Below are positions 9,281-17,807 of a stretch of 64,000 bases of DNA, piece after piece. The position numbers were made by a program, and so were the translations under genes. The notes beneath the pieces were generated by a model. The model made no database searches, was not told the DNA's origin, and saw only the letters and a list, made by a program, of their open reading frames with translations. Positions within the stretch are counted from its first letter, which is position 1. Each line of letters opens with the position of its first letter. The stretch is from a virus: the IMG/VR virus record IMGVR_UViG_3300025395_000007. The stretch is one strand, 5' to 3'.

Positions 9281-9435
9281 ATTAATCTCTCCCTTGCAAC
9301 TCTTGGAATATCATAACGCGAAATTCCAATATCATTAAGATCTCTATCTGTAAGAGCATTTAGTTCTCGGACAGTATTTTTTATCTTGGATTGGCGTTTA
9401 CACCATCCAAGTATTCTATTTTTAAATTGTGTCAT
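9277..9435 (-). CDS. DUF1127 (YjiS-like) small protein, 52 aa
   Basis: Manual translation ...TVRELNALTDRDLNDIGISRYDIPRVAR, matching the DUF1127 L..LSD..L.DIGI.R.DI signature. Confidence 0.85.
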   Translation of the reverse strand: MTQFKNRILGWCKRQSKIKNTVRELNALTDRDLNDIGISRYDIPRVARERLI

Positions 9436-9436
9436 T

Positions 9437-9913
9437 TTATTTCTTCTTTACTGTTTCTGCTGTGTCAACGATATCTACTTTTTTTGGCTTTTTATCTTCT
9501 GGGATAATATTCTCAAGCCAAAGCTTTAACATACCATTAATCAATTCAGCATTTTTAACTTCAACAGTATCAGCAAGAGTAAAACGGCGAGTGAAAGCAC
9601 GATCAGCAATACCTTTATAGAGGTATTCTGAAATCGGATTTGTTTCTTCACCTTCAAGTGGATTCGGTTCAAGACTACCCCTTACGACCAAAGTGCTATT
9701 AGCAACTTCGATGTCAAGATTAGATTTAGCGAAACCAGCAACTGCCATTTCAATGACATACTTGTTGTCGTCAACCTTTGCAATATTATATGGGGGATAT
9801 CCTGGGATTGCCTTAGCGGCGGTGTCGTGGACTTTTGCAAGAGCTTGAATCATCTTGTCAGAACCAACGAAAAATTTGTCAAAATTAGACGTGTTGAATA
9901 CCCAATCGTTCAT
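9437..9913 (-). CDS. hsp20: Small heat-shock protein Hsp20 (IbpA-like)
   Basis: YPPYNI, YVIEMAVAGF, YLYKGIADRAFTRRFTLA, AELINGML. Confidence 0.95.
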   Translation of the reverse strand: MNDWVFNTSNFDKFFVGSDKMIQALAKVHDTAAKAIPGYPPYNIAKVDDNKYVIEMAVAGFAKSNLDIEVANSTLVVRGSLEPNPLEGEETNPISEYLYKGIADRAFTRRFTLADTVEVKNAELINGMLKLWLENIIPEDKKPKKVDIVDTAETVKKK

Positions 9914-9970
9914 ATCGTTTCTCCTTTTCAGCGAGTTTAATTTACTGCATCCCATTAGGCGATGCACATA
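9914..9970 (-). promoter_or_regulatory. ROSE-like RNA thermometer in the hsp20 5' UTR
   Basis: Hairpin TGCATC/GATGCA, then CTCGCT-GAAA-AGGAG: a UCGCU motif pairs with the SD leaving a bulged G. Confidence 0.6.
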
Positions 9971-10003
9971 CTATATAGTATTCTTTTTTAGATTAGCAAG
10001 GGG

Positions 10004-10213
10004 TCAATGTAACTTTTTTTGAAATGTTTCTCTTACAATTACAATAACTTCCATTGTATCTGGGTCTAATAGATAAATGGGATTCAAATCTGCTTCCTTG
10101 TATGCTTTAGCAGCACTTAGTAGCTTTGTAAAATTATTGTCGCCCCCAACTGATCTGGCAGACTTCTCAATAATATCTTCTGGAACAATTTGATAATATC
10201 TATCTTCGTACAT
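10004..10213 (-). CDS. Hypothetical protein
   Basis: ORF; likely start MYEDRYY. Confidence 0.6.
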   Translation of the reverse strand: MYEDRYYQIVPEDIIEKSARSVGGDNNFTKLLSAAKAYKEADLNPIYLLDPDTMEVIVIVRETFQKKLH

Positions 10214-10215
10214 TA

Positions 10216-10893
10216 TTAGTCCCATAAAGCACGAAAGTATTTACCAAACAATCTCATACCGTTGGCAATACGTTTTTCCCATTTGTCGTAGCCTTCTTTA
10301 TCAAAGACATGGGTGTCATTTGGTCCACGTTCCATTTCATGACCTACTAATTTACCATCTGCATCTTTGACTTCTTTCCACTTTACATCATGTTCACCTG
10401 AATGGAATTGCATATCGGCCTCATCATCAATTTGCTGAGCGAACGCCCAAATCATTTCGTCGAGAATCCATTCCCAGCGTTTAAAATGATTATCATCAGT
10501 ATCATATTCAAATTCTTTTGAAGAGGCAGCTGTTGACTTTAGTTCATCTGGAACATCTTCATCATCAGTATTTGGTGCACCATGAAGTGCTTCTTTCAAT
10601 TTGACGAGAGTAGGATGAATGATTAATGCAAGAGTATGATCGGCCGACCAAATATCATAACCATCGATACGAATTTTGATCTTACGTTCACACCAGTTGA
10701 AATATCTGTTGAAGGTTAAATTTAATACATCTTGCCATTTATCAATTAACCAGATAACAACTTTATCTAGCTTCGTATAATTTTCTTCGTCAACCTTCCA
10801 ACCAAAATCGACATTATGCATCTTTGCAAGATACCATTCTTCGAAATATCGAGTTGACCAATGTGCTTTATGCGGACCAATATATACTTTCAT
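10216..10893 (-). CDS. Conserved-looking phage hypothetical protein
   Basis: 225-aa ORF with YDIWSADHTLALII and GMRLFGKYFRALWD. Confidence 0.75.
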   Translation of the reverse strand: MKVYIGPHKAHWSTRYFEEWYLAKMHNVDFGWKVDEENYTKLDKVVIWLIDKWQDVLNLTFNRYFNWCERKIKIRIDGYDIWSADHTLALIIHPTLVKLKEALHGAPNTDDEDVPDELKSTAASSKEFEYDTDDNHFKRWEWILDEMIWAFAQQIDDEADMQFHSGEHDVKWKEVKDADGKLVGHEMERGPNDTHVFDKEGYDKWEKRIANGMRLFGKYFRALWD

Positions 10894-10903
10894 TTTCTTT
10901 TCC

Positions 10904-10911
10904 TATAAATA
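10904..10911 (+). promoter_or_regulatory. T4-type late promoter for the spanins
   Basis: Exact TATAAATA upstream of the ATG at 10940. Confidence 0.75.
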
Positions 10912-10939
10912 ATAGCATGACGATATAATGGAGGATCGA

Positions 10940-11299
10940 ATGCCATCTTTTTTAAACAAATTTACCATATATGGTTTTATTTTAGCTGCAATACTAGGTA
11001 TGTTCGGTAGCGCTGTACATATGTGGGTTAATACTATTAAACAAGAAGCGCAACTAGAATTTAATAATAAACAAATTCAATTAGTTCTCGATCAACAAAA
11101 ACAATTCATGGACAACATGCAAAAAGTAAATGAAGATCAGAAAACTGCTATTCAAGATCTCAATACTCAAAATACAGAATTAGAATCACACATTAATGAT
11201 ATACAATCTTATCTAGCCTCAGCGCAAGCGCAGAAAGATAGCAGACCATCTTCACCAGTTATTAAAAATACAATCAAAAAAATGTCGGATGGCCAATAA
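10940..11299 (+). CDS. Inner-membrane spanin (Rz-like)
   Basis: Single N-terminal TM helix followed by a coiled coil; late promoter; next gene is a lipoprotein. Confidence 0.75.
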   Translation: MPSFLNKFTIYGFILAAILGMFGSAVHMWVNTIKQEAQLEFNNKQIQLVLDQQKQFMDNMQKVNEDQKTAIQDLNTQNTELESHINDIQSYLASAQAQKDSRPSSPVIKNTIKKMSDGQ

Positions 11300-11586
11300 T
11301 GAAAAAGCTTTTAATTATACCAATGTTACTTTTAACTGCATGCGCTACAACAGATGATGGTGTAACACCTAATTTAGTTACTACAAAATTACAAGTTATT
11401 CTACCTGATCCTATTATGTATAACTGCCCATTTAATAAAAATCTACCAAAAGCAGAAACATTAACTGATATCGAAGTAGCTAAAACTGTTTTAGAACTTT
11501 ACAAAAATAATAAAACCTGCAAAAACTCAATGGATTCTCTTAAAAAATATTTAGAGCATGCTAAAAAAACTATTGAGAACTCTTAA
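11299..11586 (+). CDS. Outer-membrane spanin lipoprotein (Rz1-like)
   Basis: MKKLLIIPMLLLTAC lipobox; Pro-rich, Cys-containing periplasmic part. Confidence 0.78.
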   Translation: MKKLLIIPMLLLTACATTDDGVTPNLVTTKLQVILPDPIMYNCPFNKNLPKAETLTDIEVAKTVLELYKNNKTCKNSMDSLKKYLEHAKKTIENS

Positions 11587-11710
11587 GGTATATTTCAGCT
11601 TCATGAAGTTGGTATGTTATAAGAATAACAATATTGTTATATAAAACAGTATATTGTCTTCGACCTTTTTTAGTAACTCGTAAATTTATTATATACACAA
11701 TATACCTTTT

Positions 11711-11784
11711 TGGCTGGGGGACTAGGGCTCGAACCTAGATTCTGGGAGTCAAAGTCCCATGTACTACCATTATACGATCCCCCA
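11711..11784 (-). tRNA. tRNA-Gln(UUG)
   Basis: TGGGGGA...TCCCCCA-GCCA acceptor, anticodon loop CTTTGAC, GGTTCGAG T loop, encoded CCA. Confidence 0.95.
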
Positions 11785-11789
11785 ATTAT

Positions 11790-12128
11790 TCAATAACTGT
11801 AGCAATGTTCGCCCTGTTCAGCAAGTTCTTCAGCAATACCTATAGCTTCTTCTTGAGTGTAGTTATTTATATCAGATTCATCAATGATAGTTGGATATTC
11901 TAATTCATCTGATATATTAATGCAATGATAACAAATTTTTGTTTTATTATCTGCTGATATAATAACAGAAATATCGATTATCTTTTTTTCTTTTGCGTAA
12001 GCCGTCCATTTAAACGTTTCGCGAAACCATAATTCACCATTAATTTCTTGTTGTTCCTCTTTCGTTTCACAACGAGTACGAGGAACCCAATAGCGATGAC
12101 CAATTTCATATTTGGTGGATATTTGCAT
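11790..12128 (-). CDS. Hypothetical protein
   Basis: ORF in a coupled operon. Confidence 0.65.
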   Translation of the reverse strand: MQISTKYEIGHRYWVPRTRCETKEEQQEINGELWFRETFKWTAYAKEKKIIDISVIISADNKTKICYHCINISDELEYPTIIDESDINNYTQEEAIGIAEELAEQGEHCYSY

Positions 12129-12418
12129 TACTCAGTTACCACTCGCTTCCACTGACCATCTTTACTCTTTACCCATAGATTACCATCGTCACCGACTGCC
12201 ATCGATACCTGCTTATCAGGATCGTACTGAGGCATTGTATTAAACATAATAGGACCATTACTAAGTCTCATCATCTCACCATCTGGTTTCTTTACACCAA
12301 GAAGTGTTAGGTTTACTGAGTTATGCAATGGTGCACCAGTCACCTCTTCTTTAGCAAAAGCAGCTACAGCCATCAATGGCGAAAGTGCAATTGCTCCAAA
12401 CAAACTACGTCTATTCAT
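12128..12418 (-). CDS. Secreted protein with a twin-arginine-like signal
   Basis: MNRRSLFGAIALSPLMAVAAFA: RRxLF, hydrophobic stretch, AFA cleavage site. Confidence 0.6.
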   Translation of the reverse strand: MNRRSLFGAIALSPLMAVAAFAKEEVTGAPLHNSVNLTLLGVKKPDGEMMRLSNGPIMFNTMPQYDPDKQVSMAVGDDGNLWVKSKDGQWKRVVTE

Positions 12419-12736
12419 TTACCACTCCGTTCCAACCGTATTACCATTATACTCGTAAATGTAAGAAAAGTCAACACCATATGCAGGTACTACCAAAAGT
12501 TTTTCTGGCATATTGTTCTCATTTAGTTTACCTAATGTACTATGAATAAAAATAGTATCAGGAAACTTATCAGGCGTAAGGCGACGAAGGATGTTAGCTT
12601 GTAAATTGCATTTGTCTTTTAAACGATCAATTTCTTTTTCAAGTTCAACTTTATCACTGCAATGATTACAATAATATCCTTCTGAACAGGATTCACCATG
12701 ACCCATCATGTCACCACAACCTAATTTATACGTCAT
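12419..12736 (-). CDS. Hypothetical protein with an N-terminal Cys cluster
   Basis: CGD...C...YCNHC then a coiled coil. Confidence 0.6.
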   Translation of the reverse strand: MTYKLGCGDMMGHGESCSEGYYCNHCSDKVELEKEIDRLKDKCNLQANILRRLTPDKFPDTIFIHSTLGKLNENNMPEKLLVVPAYGVDFSYIYEYNGNTVGTEW

Positions 12737-12813
12737 AAATTATTTCCAAATCATGTATAGAAAAAAGATAATAATAAGTGTGTTACAAATTTGGTTAGCC
12801 GCCATATCACTCA

Positions 12814-13467
12814 TCATTCAGACTCCCGCCAAGCGACCACGTTCTTGGGATCGTCTGGGTAGTTCTTCACGGGGACCCGAGTGCGCTCCATCTTAGTCAC
12901 CACCTCGCCGTCTGCGAGCATGACGTCGATGAGCCTGCCGTTGACTCGGAATTCAGCAGGGCTGTTATGGTCTGTCGAGTGAACCATCGGCCGCCACAAG
13001 CGCTCCTTCTTTGGTGTCAAAGGTTTCTGGGTACCTAGAACCTGATTGTCCTTCATATGCATCTCTGCAACAACACTCTCAAGCCACTTGTATTTGATCT
13101 CGAGATCACTCAACCGTTTCTCTGTATCATTCTTTGGCTTATCTGGCATCTGATCGACCTTGCCATATAGATCTTGCAATTGACTTTCAATAAAAGCTAG
13201 TTTACGTTCTGCGCTATAATCCATCTTCTTGACCTTCCTTAATATAGTACGATGCGGTGTACTTGCGATGACTTCTACCTTGCCGGAAAGAACTTGTCGA
13301 TCTAGCACGCTATCGATAGCATAAAAACTAACATGAACGTCATTTGTATTCAATTCATTAAAGATGACCTCGCGAGTGAATGTCTGATCATCTCGCATCA
13401 TGTCGATCCAGTGCACTACCCGCCGTGCGTTTTCAATTCCCGTGTCCATCACCATCTCCATAATCAA
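12814..13467 (-). CDS. Hypothetical protein
   Basis: 217-aa ORF preceded by a TTGACT/TATAAT promoter (about 13479-13506). Confidence 0.65.
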   Translation of the reverse strand: MIMEMVMDTGIENARRVVHWIDMMRDDQTFTREVIFNELNTNDVHVSFYAIDSVLDRQVLSGKVEVIASTPHRTILRKVKKMDYSAERKLAFIESQLQDLYGKVDQMPDKPKNDTEKRLSDLEIKYKWLESVVAEMHMKDNQVLGTQKPLTPKKERLWRPMVHSTDHNSPAEFRVNGRLIDVMLADGEVVTKMERTRVPVKNYPDDPKNVVAWRESE

Positions 13468-13502
13468 TCAATAAGTCATTATAGCCCTGTTATTGAATTA
13501 AG

Positions 13503-14228
13503 TCAAGCGTTATTTTTCTTCTCATCAGCGATCATCTCGTCGATATCATCCATCAGCATGTCTAGAGCTTTCATGGTCTTATCAGGTGCATTGATTAGAG
13601 ATGCTGTGGCATAGAGCTCCACTGTCATCTCACGCATCTCTTCGAGTGTTTCTAGACGTGGTTGTATGATGATCTTCTGTAGGAGACTCATGCTTTATTC
13701 CCTAATACAGTTCGTGCACGTTCAATACAATAATCTCTGGCGAATACCTTACCGCCTGATCCACCCTGATCGATCTGTGAGATGATCTCTCGGATGACTG
13801 ACTCTAGCTCTTTGATCCTGTCACCATAGACTACATCGTGCATAGCTATGACGGCACGTAGCTCGTGTATGTCCTCTGCAGCACCCATCAGTTACCTACG
13901 ATCTTTTTCTGTTTGATATTTCCATTCTGATCTTGGAGAATGAACATGACATGCATGGGCTTTTCTGGATACTTCCTATCGTATACAGGTATCTCCTTGA
14001 TGATCTTCCACTTAGAGCGAGTGAACAGCAGGTCCCATATCCATCGCAGCATCACTTGACCTCGATGCAGTATTTGTAATTCATTTTCTCGAAGAAATTG
14101 AGAATACTATCATCTAGTTCTTCCCAATCTTCATTGGTAAGAAATTCATGGACCAAGTTGAACGCACCAGCAACATCCTGTGATACGTCCAACTCAATCT
14201 TACTACCTACAAACTTACTCTTTTTCAT
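13503..14228 (-). CDS. Cluster of four small hypothetical ORFs (13503-13691, 13688-13888, 13888-14052, 14052-14228)
   Basis: Overlapping start and stop codons; upstream sigma70-like promoter near 14259-14286. Confidence 0.6.
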
Positions 14229-14379
14229 GACCAATCTCTGTACCAACATCATATTAACATTATACCATATTCTAAGAATAAGTCAAGCCATTTCTTAGAT
14301 GCGTCTACCTTCGTAAGCCACATATCCTAAACATGCAGTAATAATGAAAAGACCAATTAATACAAATTGAATGACCATT

Positions 14380-14658
14380 TTAATCTCCTGTGTAAATTTC
14401 GTACATCTTCTCAAAGATGTCCTTTTTGTTGAACCAATATTCTCCTTCTGGTCCTTTGATGAGGTAATCTCCCTCCGCCGCGACCATTTTGCCTTCCAAT
14501 GTATATATGGATAATTTGTCCGCAGCGTATGAATTAATTGTAATTTGATTTTGAACACGTGCTGTTTCTACCCAGTCAGGATAGTTTCCTTGATTGACCA
14601 ACTCCAACAGATCAATCTGCCAAGCATCGACGGGAATAGGCTTTTTAATATACTTCAT
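14380..14658 (-). CDS. PGDYG-like phage protein
   Basis: MKYIKKPIPVDAWQ...TLEGKMVAAEGDYLIKGPEGEYW...IFEKMYE. Confidence 0.7.
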   Translation of the reverse strand: MKYIKKPIPVDAWQIDLLELVNQGNYPDWVETARVQNQITINSYAADKLSIYTLEGKMVAAEGDYLIKGPEGEYWFNKKDIFEKMYEIYTGD

Positions 14659-14660
14659 GA

Positions 14661-14909
14661 TTAAACTCCAAAGTGTTTTTTAATGTCGTCAACGATACTC
14701 TGTGTGATAATAGAAACGTGCTTCTTACCATCTTCATCGATGTGCACTTGTTCCCATTTAGAAATTTTACCTACTATCTGACCAATAAGTGATTCCGTAT
14801 ACATACGTAGTTCATTGATGTCAGCAGTAAAATACTGATCATCATCCTCAGTCATTACAGGAAGAATGCCAAACTCATAGCCAAGTTCGCGAACAAAAGA
14901 GTTATCCAT
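14661..14909 (-). CDS. Hypothetical protein
   Basis: ORF with an AAAGGA RBS. Confidence 0.6.
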   Translation of the reverse strand: MDNSFVRELGYEFGILPVMTEDDDQYFTADINELRMYTESLIGQIVGKISKWEQVHIDEDGKKHVSIITQSIVDDIKKHFGV

Positions 14910-14911
14910 TA

Positions 14912-15085
14912 TTAAATCCTTTCAACGACAGGTTTACCAACTATCTGACCAACATGTGTGTTCGAGAGTGTACGTACATAACGAACAGCATCAATAAACG
15001 AAGAGAACTTCTTCGTGCGGTCAATGAGTAGCCCACCCTTATCTAATTGCTTGAACGTATACGTTACTTTAAATCCGTCCGACAT
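14912..15085 (-). CDS. Hypothetical protein
   Basis: Start MSDGF with an AAAGGA RBS; promoter at about 15113-15141. Confidence 0.6.
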   Translation of the reverse strand: MSDGFKVTYTFKQLDKGGLLIDRTKKFSSFIDAVRYVRTLSNTHVGQIVGKPVVERI

Positions 15086-15127
15086 GGTAGTTCCTTTCAA
15101 CATCATTTAACAAACATACCTTGATTC

Positions 15128-15223
15128 TTATAAAAAGTCAACACCTTTGATATATATCCAAAGAAAAACACAAAAAGCAACGGAGGTCGCTGCTCCGAAT
15201 AGGAAACCGAGTATGAACATCAT
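15128..15223 (-). CDS. 31-aa single-TM micro-protein MMFILGFLFGAATSVAFCVFLWIYIKGVDFL
   Basis: Manual translation; ATGA overlap with the stop of the ArfA-like ORF. Confidence 0.5.
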   Translation of the reverse strand: MMFILGFLFGAATSVAFCVFLWIYIKGVDFL

Positions 15224-15330
15224 TTGCTCTTACTCTTACGGGTATACGACCCTTTCCCCTTCTTCGGCCGAACAATACGCTGAGCATATTTCCGCGACGA
15301 CAACTCTTTGGCATAGACACTTCTGGACAT
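15220..15330 (-). CDS. ArfA-like alternative ribosome-rescue peptide, 36 aa; not in the ORF track
   Basis: MSRSVYAKELSSRKYAQRIVRPKKGKGSYTRKSKSK contains the ArfA core QR.....KKGKGSY.RK; AAAGGA RBS; own promoter TTGACT-N16-TATAAT at 15361-15388 (-). Confidence 0.75.
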   Translation of the reverse strand: MSRSVYAKELSSRKYAQRIVRPKKGKGSYTRKSKSK

Positions 15331-15478
15331 CGTTTAATCCTTTCCAAGACGACATTACTGATTATACCGTAATGGCCGAGGAAGTCAACACTTTTCTTGG
15401 TCGTTTTTTGGAAGATAGTTGTTGATTTCTTTTTATAATGAGGTATACTTATCTTAAGGTTGAAATGGAGATGAAAAG

Positions 15479-15727
15479 ATGAAAATGTTTGAAATGACTC
15501 AACGAGCATATACCAGAAGCCTTTTGTCCGACGTTTCCGAGGGAATGTTTGACAAAGATAATCTTATCCGTGATCTCCTTAACTGGATGAGCGAAAAAGA
15601 CGTCAAAGAATTCTGTCAGGCCAACGACATCTATTCGGAGTCCGAGGATGAAGACGAAGAAGATGAGGACGAAGGTCGCGATTGGGGTATGGAATGGTAC
15701 GACACGAGCATGGAATTGCAAGCCTGA
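15479..15727 (+). CDS. Early acidic hypothetical protein
   Basis: Own promoter and RBS; E/D-rich tail. Confidence 0.7.
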   Translation: MKMFEMTQRAYTRSLLSDVSEGMFDKDNLIRDLLNWMSEKDVKEFCQANDIYSESEDEDEEDEDEGRDWGMEWYDTSMELQA

Positions 15728-15793
15728 GATAATTGTTGACTTCTTCTGAGAATAAGGTATAATGATACTATGATGAAAACAAAGGAAATCTCC

Positions 15794-16138
15794 ATGAATA
15801 ATATCTCTGATCTTATCGACAAGGCCAACGACCTTGCCATCGACTACGTTGAACAAATGGATTTAGTGACCGCCGACAAGGCTGGACTTGATCCCCGCTG
15901 TGGCAGCATCTGGATCGGCGAGGACTGCATCGCAGTCAAAGGTAGCTACGGCAAACGAATGATCGAATACTACGGTGGGTTTGAATACGTCAATAAAGAC
16001 GAAGTATTCGCCCTCGGTGAATTCACCTTCTACTCCAGCGAGTCAAGTCGTGTTTCCGAATGCATCGATCTGTATTTGGAGATGAAAGAAAAAGGAGAAG
16101 ATGAAGAGGAAAATGAAGAGGAAGAGGTAGCCGCATAA
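15794..16138 (+). CDS. Early hypothetical protein, acidic tail ending VAA
   Basis: Own promoter (15736); AAGGA RBS. Confidence 0.75.
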   Translation: MNNISDLIDKANDLAIDYVEQMDLVTADKAGLDPRCGSIWIGEDCIAVKGSYGKRMIEYYGGFEYVNKDEVFALGEFTFYSSESSRVSECIDLYLEMKEKGEDEEENEEEEVAA

Positions 16139-16199
16139 ATCGTTTGATTTAATTCCAATTGTATGGTATAATGGTAATATGATGGAAAAGGAAAAAGAG

Positions 16200-16415
16200 A
16201 TGACTCTGGTCGAAGCATTAGGATTGATCGCTGCATCGGAATTTAAGCCATTTACAGACGCCGACTGGTATGCATTCAGTGGGTGTGAAACAGCTGATCC
16301 AAAAATAGCCTATGATGAAGACCTCGGTCTTACTATTATTATTGACGGAAATACTATCGATTTCATCGACGATGAAGGTGAATCTGTTAATATTCTTAAA
16401 TTGATAACTAACTGA
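16200..16415 (+). CDS. Early hypothetical protein, paralog of 23612-23878
   Basis: Shares EAL.L.A...F.PF...DWYAF..CET..P.IA...TI.IDG.TI with 23612-23878. Confidence 0.75.
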   Translation: MTLVEALGLIAASEFKPFTDADWYAFSGCETADPKIAYDEDLGLTIIIDGNTIDFIDDEGESVNILKLITN

Positions 16416-16427
16416 GGATTATATATT

Positions 16428-16781
16428 ATGTCAACACGTTCAATGGTCGCTTTCGATAATACTTCTGAAGTAGTTTCTATGCGAGTTCACTTCGATGGAT
16501 ATTTAACTGGAGTAGGTCATACTTTGCTCAATCACTATACTACTGTAGACAAAGTAGAAGATCTGATGGAATGTGGATATGTATCTTCATTGGAAACAGC
16601 GATAGAGTATATGCCAAACAATCCAAATGAACGTCCAGTGGTTCATAGTAACATCAAAGAACTGATTGCTGATTTTGAAACATCTGATGCTGAATATCTT
16701 TACGTATTCGACGGTAATGAATGGGCTTACACCATGAGGGATCATAATCGGCTTATTCCTTTCAGCGAGGCATTCGCGTAA
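16428..16781 (+). CDS. Early protein of the MSTRS...HFDGY...VG..L family
   Basis: Motif pattern MSTRS, HFDGYLTGVG, EYLYVF seen in phage early proteins. Confidence 0.7.
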   Translation: MSTRSMVAFDNTSEVVSMRVHFDGYLTGVGHTLLNHYTTVDKVEDLMECGYVSSLETAIEYMPNNPNERPVVHSNIKELIADFETSDAEYLYVFDGNEWAYTMRDHNRLIPFSEAFA

Positions 16782-16786
16782 TAGGT

Positions 16787-17220
16787 GTTGACTTCTTCTG
16801 AGAATATGGTATAATAATCTTACGGTTGAAAAAGGAAAAACAAATGACTGACATGAATCTCGTTCTCTCGTTCGTAACTCTCGATGCCAATAATGATCAG
16901 CTGAATAACATTATGGAGGCTGTTAAATTTCGTCGGGATAAGCTGGCCCGTCTTAATCGGTTTGCCATCGCTGTCGGTTCCGCCGTCAAATTCTCGCATC
17001 GTGGCGTAGATTACAACGGAACTGTCAAATCAATTAAGGTGAAGAAAGCTGTCGTTGAATGCAAACACCCGAATGCTGTCTGTGCCTACGACTCGAAAAT
17101 GCGTTCGGTTGCTCCTACCATCAATTATACTGTTCCTCTGAATATGTTGGAGGCAGCCTAAGATAGGGGTTGACTTCTTCTGAGAATAAGGTATAATAAT
17201 CTTATGGTTGAAAAAGGAAA
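16787..17220 (+). repeat. 52-bp direct repeat (promoter plus leader) at 16787-16838 and 17169-17220; 29-bp copy at 15735-15763
   Basis: GTTGACTTCTTCTGAGAATAWGGTATAATAATCTTAYGGTTGAAAAAGGAAA, with 2 mismatches between the two long copies. Confidence 0.9.
16844..17161 (+). CDS. Early hypothetical protein (SH3/KOW-like), ending EAA
   Basis: Own promoter; AVGSAVKF...GTVKSIKVKKAVV. Confidence 0.7.
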   Translation: MTDMNLVLSFVTLDANNDQLNNIMEAVKFRRDKLARLNRFAIAVGSAVKFSHRGVDYNGTVKSIKVKKAVVECKHPNAVCAYDSKMRSVAPTINYTVPLNMLEAA

Positions 17221-17224
17221 TGAA

Positions 17225-17755
17225 ATGAATTATCTCGCCTCGTTCCCCACCGAAGATTTGCAGGCTGATCTTGCAGCCGTCCTCGCCGATGTTTCGTACT
17301 ATACCAAGGTTTTCCCCGATCACAATGCCGCTCGTCGTGCAGCTTATCTCGCGGCTGAATTCGAGGCTGAACTCGAGCGGCGCACGCAGGATCCATGGAC
17401 TACTGATGCCGATGTTCGTTATTTCGAAGGAGCCAACTGATATGACTGTTTGGGAATGGAATACTGTCGTTCAATATGATATCGATACGGGTCGAATTTA
17501 TATCGATAACATCGAGGTCTATTATGACTCTGCCAATGAAGTTTACCGTCCACTAGGAAATTGAACATGTTCAAAGAAGTTTGGTTAATCGTAGGCGAAG
17601 TGACGGATGAAACTTTATATGAGGGTGCGGTATTAGGTCAGCCCGAATATCAATTCAGCGATGGCCCCGAGGAAACTCGTACAATGAGTAATGACTATAT
17701 TGATCTGATGCAGGGATTGCAGGATCATGCTGGATACGTGATACATACTGCTTGA
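17225..17755 (+). CDS. Three small early ORFs (17225-17440, 17442-17564, about 17567-17755)
   Basis: Promoter at 17170; RBSs present. Confidence 0.6.
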
Positions 17756-17807
17756 CTTTTTCTTAAAAGTATGGTAGAATATGTCTATGGTTGAAAAAGG
17801 AAAGAAA

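Noticed and set aside
15138-15509. Track ORFs 15147-15425 (+) and 15138-15509 (-)
   Set aside because: They run across divergent promoters. The ArfA-like and TM micro-ORFs, with promoter and RBS, explain the region better.
15735-17220. CRISPR-like repeat-spacer array
   Set aside because: The repeats are promoters with -35/-10 boxes separated by whole genes of 300-1000 bp; no cas genes and no uniform spacers.
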